DNA from: Eledone cirrhosa
Taxonomy: Eukaryota
Length of the DNA: 64,000 nucleotides
Direction of reading: 5' to 3'
Assembly (NCBI GenBank): GCA_964016885.1
Contig: OZ024740.1
Location: 349,928,001 to 349,992,000, forward strand
Every line of letters begins with the position of its first letter. The stretch's first letter is position 1. Shown one piece after another: positions 55,485 to 64,000 of this stretch. Below the pieces are notes generated by a model. It was not told where the DNA came from. It did no database searches and saw nothing but the letters and a program-made list of their open reading frames with translations. A program made the translations under genes and the position numbers.

Positions 55485-56515
55485 TGAGACAGGCTTTCCT
55501 ACAGCTCGTCTCGCTAACGGAGCTGCAGTCCTGGGTGAAGAAAAGACCGAAAACGATGGGCGCCTGGCACATTGCATGCGCTCAGGCGCTCACAGTCCTC
55601 TGGCAAGCGGGCGCAGCAATCAGTGGAGACTCCACTTCGACATTCTATAGAGGGATTGTACGTTACAAGGGCGACGACGTGCTCGGAGAGACTATGGGCG
55701 TCGAAGACGATGAGCTCACCAGTATGTTTGGTAGGACTTTCCGCCCGGGACCTATGGACAACTTCCAGAGGTCCCTGGCCTGGCAGTGCTACCAAGGAGC
55801 TCTACCGGTTCGTGACAAGATCTACAAGCACGGACGCCCTGGCAGGGATCCTTCCAAGAGGACGTGTCCAAGATGTGCGCAGGACATTGAAACAGTTCTG
55901 CACGCAATTGTACACTGCCCGGGCGTAAGCGACCTGTGGAACTATGCAGAACAACTGCTGTCGCGTATGGGACAAATACAGTTGACTGCCGAGTCCATAG
56001 TAAGGATCAAACCGCCAGACTCTTTCAAAAACGAAAGAGAGGCGGTTTTCCTCTGTACGGTGGCTATGGTGAAAGAAGTTATATGGTGGACGAGGTTGAG
56101 AGGACTGAGGACAGATGCCTTTCTCTCCGGACAACAATTGATTCCCTTCTTTAAGTATCACTTTAGAAGGAGAATCAGGGTGGAGAGAGAGGCACTGCAC
56201 CCCAGTAAATTTACTGAAAGGTGGGTGAATGAAGCGAAAATGGCCCGAGTGATTGGGCCTTCTCTGTTTATAAGCCTGTAGGTTGAGGAAGAGAGCAAAA
56301 GGAAGAAAGGAGCACTTGCACAACACGCTCCTCGAGTTGAGGGTTGTTCTATCGACGGGGTATTAAACAACCCATTTGTGGCGCCTCCCCCCTATTGGGG
56401 ATTTCGATTGTTGAAATTGTTTGTTTTTATATTTTTTACACGACTGTATGTAAAATCCCCGGCATGTCTTTGTATTGTCCCCTTTCTTGTTGCGCCCTTG
56501 TGGCTAATAAAGAAA
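55485..56515 (+). mobile_element. Tx1 copy C1, 3'-terminal 1 kb, B7 family
   Basis: ORF2 tail open to 56281; 14-bp TSD TCTATCTATCTGAG. Confidence 0.93.
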
Positions 56516-56537
56516 TCTATCTATCTGAGGAGATCCA

Positions 56538-56557
56538 CTGTGGCTAATAAAGAAACA
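56538..56557 (+). mobile_element. 20-nt Tx1 3'-end micro-insertion
   Basis: CTGTGGCTAATAAAGAAACA between two copies of TATCTGAGGAGATCCA. Confidence 0.8.
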
Positions 56558-56561
56558 TATC

Positions 56562-57667
56562 TGAGGAGATCCATCTGCTGTCAACACCCATCTAACCGAG
56601 GGCTGGGCAAGCCGTGGCTGATGATGCGCAAACACGCACTGAGGCTACCGGTGTGGCTGTCGTTTGTGAGACGAGCTCTTCTATAACTCGTCTCTCTAAC
56701 AGAGCTGCAGTCCTGGGTCAATCAAGCAAAGACCGAAAATGGGCGCCTGGCACCTCGAGCGCCTTCAGGCGCTCACAGCCCTCTACCAAGCGGAAACGGC
56801 AATCAGCAAGACTCCATTTAGACATTCTATAGGGGATTAGTGGAGGATAAGTGCGACGTCGTTCTCAGGGAAACTCTAGACAGCAAGGACGACGAACTGA
56901 CCAGTCTGTTCGGGAGGAGTTTCTGTCCAGCGCCTATGAATAACGCCCAGAAGTCTCTGGCCTGGCAGTGCTACCAAGGATCTGTACCAGTTCGAGACAA
57001 AATCTACAGGCACGGACGCCCCGGCAGAGATCCTGCCAAAAGGACCTGTCCAAGATGCGAGCAGGACATCGAAACCGTTCTGCACGCAATTGTTCAGTGC
57101 CCTGGGGTGACTGATCTGTGGAATTATGTCGAACAGCTACTTTCACGTGTGGGACGCATCCAGTTGTCCGCCGAATTCATTTTGAGGGTCATCCCACCGC
57201 CTTCATTTAAGAATGAAGGAGAGGCGGTTTTCCTCTTTCTGGTGGCCATGGCGAAAGAGGCAATATGGTGGACGAGGTTAAAAGGACTGAGGGCAAACAC
57301 CTTTCTCTACAGACAACAACTCATCCCCTTCAGAAGGAAGGTGAGAGTGGAGAGAGAGGTGCTACAAATCAGTAAATTCGCTGAAAGGTAGGTGAATGTG
57401 GTGAAAATGGCTCGATTGAATGGGCCTTCTCTGTATATAAACCTGTAGGTTGAGGAAGACAAAACGTGCTCCTGGTGTTGAGGGTCTTCTATCCACGGGG
57501 TGTAAAACAACCCCGCAGTAACGCCCCCCCCTAATGGGGATTTCGATTGTTTTATTTTATATATAGTTTATTGTTATACATCATTGTTAAAGATTTTATG
57601 TAAAACCCCCCGCCGTCACGTCTTGTAATGTCCCATTTTTGTACGCCCTTGTGGCAAATAAAGAAAG
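56562..57667 (+). mobile_element. Tx1 copy C2, older diverged 3' fragment
   Basis: Decayed ORF2 tail with CPRC...H...C, stop at 57448; followed by (TC)n. Confidence 0.9.
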
Positions 57668-57758
<91 letters not shown>

Positions 57759-57804
57759 TCACAGAAAAAAGAGAATCAGTGTTGCGACGAAAGTAATTTA
57801 TTGG

Positions 57805-57897
57805 ACATATTACAAATGTTTCTCGGGTGACCAACTCAAGGCACGATCGATATGGTGATCACACCTGACTCTGAAATTAACACGTCGTCAGATACGT
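57805..57897 (-). ncRNA. Type I hammerhead ribozyme, 62-nt stem II
   Basis: ACGUAU-CUGACGA-[AGGUGUGAUC/GAUCGUGCCU hairpin]-GAAAC-AUUU-GUA^AUAUGU. Confidence 0.8.
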
Positions 57898-59596
57898 CTC
57901 GATTCTACGAAGCAATTTTCCTATGGTCCTTTAACATCGAATTTCTTCGTTTATTGATTTAGACCCTGTTGTTGTCATTCTATGAGTGGTCAAGAATTGT
58001 ACACGTCATCGGTATTTCTAGCCACTCATGGTTGCCCACTTCTTGCTTCCTCTCGTTCTCCACCTGTCAATCACAATATCTTCATGTATCAGAATTACTA
58101 CTGTTGTGGGAGAGGGGCTGTAATGTTGAACGGCTGGCATCACTTCGACGTCTTCATTGCCCCTAGGCGCCTTAGTCTACATCGGCCAGGTACACACACG
58201 CAATTATGCTGTATGCGGCATTCATCATAAATAATGTTTTGCGGGAATTAAAAAAAAACAAAACAATGCTGGGGATATTTAGCGTAACATTTGTAGGACA
58301 CATCCTTAGGATACACTCCGCCATACATATTTCAAAAAGAAAAGGAAAAAGGAAAAGAAAGAACCTGTAGCAAGAACGTTTATAAAAAAACGTTTTTAAG
58401 CTTTCAACAGTCATTCAAAGCTTTCAACAGCCATTCAAACGGAAGGGCTATATCAAAGGTGTTTTCAACAAATAGACCCAGTTCTACACTCACACACGGG
58501 ACTCAGGGTAGTGTGCATAACCAAGACGCCGCACACTTATATAGGCAGATGGGAAAAGAAAACTCCATGGAAAGTCATCCGTACCCCCACGCATACATGC
58601 TCAGACAAATACATCGACCCATGCATGCACACACCCGTGCTCATGCATGTCTGTGTGGGCACGCACACCGCGTGCTCAACACCGGATGCATATACTTGAT
58701 GAGTACCCCTCATCCGTCCCCCCACGCGCCGCTGCGCAGATGGTGCACACAGTATTGTATGAGACAACGCTTTTGAGGACTTGCCCCAACCTGATCACGT
58801 GGCAGTGTGAATCCGAGGGTGTCTGCACAATATGCCTACATGTTACGGCAGCACAATATCCCTGCACTAATCGCATATAGCGTGGGTGGCACACATAAAC
58901 AAAAGCCCTGTATGCACAAAACATAAAATAATGAAATAGTATACAATAATAAAATAAAAGATAAAATACAATAAAATAAAATGCTGGAAAAAGAGAATGC
59001 ATACATGACAAGGATGCAGAGGGGCCGGGCATTATCGAGGTGTGCGTCAAGTTACATACAATAGTTGGGGGCTCTGGTGCAAATGTTTATATGATATACA
59101 TGGGGGCTGTTGGGCTAAGACACTGGGTAGAAGCCTGCGCATGATGCAGATCTCGTTGCTTGTGGATAGGTGTGGGCCGTGCGTGCGTGCACAAACAAGT
59201 TATATATATTGTGGTTATGTGCAACATCCATTTCATAAAAGTATATATGAGATGTGCATGGGTTTGGTGCATACATGGAATATAAAGGGTATGTGCTTCA
59301 TAACAATATATATGGAATGCACGTAGAGTGTATGTATGATGTAATGTGCCAGCGGCATGAGTTGTGTGTGTGTGTAATCGGCGGCATGGAACGACAAAAT
59401 TAAAACTTGAAATCAAAATCACAATTAAAATTAAAATTAATATCAACATTATAATTAGCTGCGGTATTAGCCTTAAGACCAGCATCATGTCCATCATCCA
59501 AGTAGCGGATTAAGCACCGCGAATCGAATATCGGAAGTCAACAATTTAAAAATTTAAAAGTTTGAAAATTTAGAAATTTGAAAATATATATATACT

Positions 59597-59685
<89 letters not shown>

Positions 59686-59715
59686 AGAAAAACCACACCC
59701 TCCATCTCAACTCTA

Positions 59716-59751
59716 TTTTTGAAAAGCAGAAGAACTGCGAAACCGGTAAAG
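59716..59751 (+). ncRNA. Minimal type I hammerhead, U3-A8 covariant core
   Basis: UUU-UUGAAAA-GCAG-AAGAA-CUGC-GAAAC-CG-GUA^AAG; palindromic ACCGGU; stem I only 3 bp. Confidence 0.6.
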
Positions 59752-59882
59752 GAACCAAATAAATATATATATATTTTAATAAATAAGACTCCAGTTGCAT
59801 TTTCGATTTCATCTTTTTTTCTTTATACTTTCTCTCGTGTAGGATACCCCGGTTATTTTTCATTTTGTAAAACAACCCTCAC

Positions 59883-59948
<66 letters not shown>

Positions 59949-59970
59949 TATATATGTATATATATATGTA

Positions 59971-60002
<32 letters not shown>

Positions 60003-60091
60003 CTGTATATACAGTATATATATATATATACAGTGAGCTAACGACCCCTCTCTCTCTCTTACAAACACAAACAAATACACGCAAGCATAGG

Positions 60092-60123
<32 letters not shown>

Positions 60124-60142
60124 CGCGCGCACACATATGCCC

Positions 60143-60170
<28 letters not shown>

Positions 60171-60175
<5 letters not shown>

Positions 60176-60290
60176 AACGAGTAGGACCCCGGGGTCCTAC
60201 TCGTTCCTATTACCCACTCTACTACCCTAAGTATTGAGTACTTTGGTGCGTTATGGTCCACCTGGTTCCTTACCACATTTTCTTCGTTAT
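60171..60290. repeat. 40-bp perfect palindrome plus 80-bp tail in (TA)n
   Basis: ATAGGAACGAGTAGGACCCC/GGGGTCCTACTCGTTCCTAT at 60171-60210. Confidence 0.9.
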
Positions 60291-60550
60291 ATATATATAT
60301 ATATATATACATACATACGTACATACCTACACCATACATACACACACATATATACATATATGTACATGTATGTATGTATATATCTACGTATGTCTGTATG
60401 TATGTATGTATGTATGTATGTATGTATGTATGTATGTATGTATGTATGTATGTATACATGCAATTATGTATATGTATCTAGATAGAGTGAAAAAAGTGAG
60501 ATTTCACATTAAGGTCTTTATTCAACTGAACCACCTAATATATATATATA

Positions 60551-60751
60551 TGACTAAAGAAATTAAAGAAATTATTTAGCCTGATAGTGGGGTTAAGAAC
60601 CCTCGGAGAAATGGAAAAAGATGAGTATTGACGTACATGTTCTTAACCCCACTATCAGGCTAAATAATTTCTTTAATTTCTTTAGTCAAAATACGGCGAT
60701 AGCTTACATTTCTAATAATTTCAAACCAACTCGCTGTTTCGAAAATATTCT

Positions 60752-60757
<6 letters not shown>
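60551..60757. repeat. Fold-back insert in (TA)n
   Basis: 50-bp inverted repeat, 60551-60600 vs 60639-60688; tail similar to 52321-52396. Confidence 0.88.
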
Positions 60758-60790
<33 letters not shown>

Positions 60791-61789
60791 TTTAGGTATT
60801 TGAAGCACATTTAGCTGTTCGAGATTGGAAGTGAGGTTGCGGTTATTTTTGATAGAATAACTCCTGGGATGAACTAACCACGAATAGAACTACTAGGATA
60901 GTTCTGAACATGGTACTGTATGGAAGCCTACACTGATCATCACCGCATCACTATTCATTTAATGTAATTTCCCAAAACTTTGGGGACTATTTAGAGAATA
61001 TATTTCATCAGTGCCTTCACTACCACAACTGTAATGTTGATATAAAGATTATACATTATAAATTAAATTTTGATAATTAGAAAAATGTATTTAAGTATTT
61101 ATTGAATAAATTAAGGTGACAGTTTTACGAGTAGCTACTAATTTGTATTCCTTGTCACTCTCTCTCCCTTATCACTGCCTTCCATAGAAATCATCTAGTA
61201 CTTCTTTGCCTTCTATTGCCTCTCCTGGCCTTCCATTGGCAGAGTTCGGTAGCGTCTACTCTGGGAATCACAGATTTAATTGAATATTTGCTTCATTTTG
61301 GTTATTCCATATAATTTTTAATTTGATATGTAGAGGTAAAATGACCGACTTATTAAGGTAGTTGATCAACCTCTACGCAGTCATAAATTCAAATTCACTG
61401 CTCATTATACGTAGTTGTCCCGTAATACGGATCATTGGTTCAGCTGCAGAAGAGTGTTTACCGGTTGGCACTGTTCACCTTGCCTGTGTGACGCTATTTG
61501 ACCTTAAACCATTTTAACCACATCTAACACACTTCCTAGTTTGTTATGTCCGACCGCGAACTAACAAAAGAATAACTATGAAATAGATGGAATTTTTATA
61601 AGTAGCAGTGAAATGTAATGCTAAGTAAACTAGCCCGGAAAAAATGGTTGGCTCAAATAATTCTCATCACAGGTCATCTTATTCAAAACTTTTATGAGGC
61701 TAAACAACAACGACGACGATGATGATGACAATAACGACAACAAGCAGATTATGATTCTAGTGAAGAACTACGTGTTATTATTTAGGTCA

Positions 61790-61842
61790 AGTACCAGTAA
61801 TGTACTATTGTTGGCCTTGTGCCAATAGTAGAAACAATTATT
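61790..61842 (+). mobile_element. SINE 3' fragment
   Basis: AAGTACCAGTAATG...GGCCTTGTGCCAATAGTAGAAACAATTAT. Confidence 0.75.
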
Positions 61843-62059
61843 TAGGTCAAGGTTATCTTTGATTGAGCAGACTTATTACTCAAGATGTTCCATCTGTGAA
61901 CATTCCAGGTTTCATCATAATGAATCTATGAACACATTACCCTGTGTTTCTTCTGATTTGATGGTGATTCAGTGACTATTTTATGTGGTGGTGGCTGCTT
62001 TATACACTTAAACATTCCACGATATCTTCTTTGGTTACACAGGATTCTATCTCAACCCC

Positions 62060-62969
62060 CCTATAAGGAAACTGAAGAGTTGTTTTGTACCTGGAGCCCA
62101 TAACATAAGAAGTAGCGTGGAAGACGAAACAGAAAGCTTGAAGATCAGGTCATTTTTTGTCCAATGAATTCTCACTGTTTTAACAATACGACTTGAAACG
62201 GAAATCGAGAGAAGAGAGAAAAATTAGGAATATAATGTTATGATAACCTGAAGTTAGTTTACAAGTACATCCAAAGGCTGCAACACATTATCTATACAGA
62301 GCATAAAACAGAGTCTGGTCAAGCAGTACGTAGAAAATGCTTTTACATCTAGTTTTCTTCAAGTGTTTGAATCGATAATGTATTACCAAGCGATGAAAAG
62401 TGGATGTAATACAACCACCAACGATGTTCAGTTTCTTATGACCTCCCCAAATCGACGCTGCACCAAAGAAAGGTTATGGTGACTGTTTGGGGGTCCACAA
62501 CCATGCTAATTCCCTAAAACATTTTAATCCAGGCGAAACAATCACAGCAGAGAATATTGTCACGAAATCGATGAAATCCATAAAAAATTGAAACGTATGT
62601 GTCCAGTATTGGCCAATAGAAAATATCCAATTCTCTTGCACGGCAAAGCTCGAACACATTCCAAAACATAATATGAAGGAATTGAGCTACCGCATCCAGA
62701 TCTTTCATCAACTGACTACCATTTTTTCAGGCATTTCAATAGCTTCTTGCAAAGAAAAGTTTTCAATAACCAAACAACTGCAAACAATGCATTCGAAAAA
62801 TTCATCGTCTAGAACTACAGAATTCTAATTTGCTGGAGTAAATAAATTTGTATCGTATTTGCAAAAATATGTAAATTTTAATGGTTTTATTTCGATCAAT
62901 AAAGGAGTGTGGTATATTGATTTAAAGTTAATGTTTAAAAGTATATATTAATTTTTGAACAACCTGATA
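62060..62969 (+). mobile_element. Decayed mariner DNA transposon
   Basis: Frameshifted ITSDEKW, LHQRKVMVTVW, PGETITAE, ILLHGKAR.H, PDLSSTDYHFFRH; TIR-like end TTTTGAACAACCTGATA; left boundary uncertain. Confidence 0.8.
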
Positions 62970-64000
62970 CATACACATAAACACACTAGCTAAAGTAGTG
63001 TATATTTTCAGTTTCAAAAATAAAACAAATATGAAATTACACAACGTGCTTCCGTATAGGTTCCGCCTACCAAAATTCCCTCAAATGGCGTTGTTCAATC
63101 AACATCTTCAATAGAAGACAATATAGAACCAAAATGAACCGAATTTATTAACTGCACGGTTATTTTATACATTAAAAATACTATTTTAGTTATTTAAGGC
63201 TCTATATCTTCAATAGTTTGTGAGATACTAGAGTAGAATCAATAAATTAAATAAGCAAGCGTGATAATCGTGGCACCTAATATTGTATTGTTTGGATAAG
63301 CGAAAAAGGATGCGGAAATCTTTTGCACTTGTATACCATAATTTTCTCTTTAAATTAATTTAGTAATATGAAGTTATCAACTGATTGCAGCAATTCTTAT
63401 ATAAAATGAATTATGAGTTCTACATAAATGGAATTATGTACATCTCGAATAAAAATATTTCTGTTTCCACAGTTTTTTGTGATTTTTTTCAATGCCATAT
63501 CAGAACTATTTAATACGTAGATCACAGATGTTCTTATTTCTCTTTTATCATTTCATGTATTCATTGCACGCTATTCGGAATAGAGAAGCCATTACTGTTC
63601 AATTGTTAGTATCAACTTTATTAATGAGAAGTTGGTTTCTGAAACAGGAACAAACATATTCCTATTACACCGTTATAATTTGATCTTAAACATATAATTT
63701 GATTGAAGTATAATGTTTTAATATACTGTAGACAAGGAATTCTTTGAAAACAATGAATAGCAGATGTACGACATGTTGATCACCTGCTAGACTTACATTA
63801 TGGATTTTCGGTATTTCATATTTCTACAATGTTCAAATCAACTTTTATATAACTTGACTCGTAATATACCTACCGGCAATACATTGAGCTGCAACACTCG
63901 TTCCGACTCTCTGCACTCTGAATTCAAATCAGAGCGATGTTAAATTTACATTTCATTCTTTCGAAGTCAATAAAAAAAATAGCAGTCCAATACTGGGATC

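Noticed and set aside
60578-61015. CUGAUAG...GAAA (60580) and minus-strand CUGAUGA (61005)
   Set aside because: Non-canonical core, or no stems I and III

Overview
Repeat-dense eukaryotic DNA with no recognisable host gene. The SINE family and microsatellite load suggest an octopus or other cephalopod (inference). About 35 kb consists of three head-to-tail arrays (1-6935, 21575-48316, 55371-57710) of Tx1-clade non-LTR retrotransposons (ORF1 with CCHC knuckle; ORF2 with APE, RT and CCHC). All copies are on the + strand, and all but one end in (CTAT)n. At least 7 3'-UTR variants occur and two ORF2s are intact. The rest holds a degraded Penelope-like element (PLE), tRNA-derived SINEs, a MITE, RTE and mariner remnants, and microsatellites. 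Two less obvious systems stand out. (1) About 10 well-formed and 3 decayed type I hammerhead ribozyme (HHR) motifs from many unrelated families lie in short, tandem or fold-back inserts, mostly at (TA)n/(CA)n tracts. They include a 531-nt tandem retrozyme-like unit, a double-HHR palindrome, very long stem II forms, and recurrent U4C and one U3-A8 core variants. (2) In every Tx1 copy that retains the site, a canonical splice donor overlaps the ORF1 stop and an acceptor-like YAG|G coincides with the ORF2 stop. This suggests ORF2 is an intron whose removal gives an ORF1-only mRNA. All structures were folded by eye; coordinates are hand-counted and may be off by a few bases.
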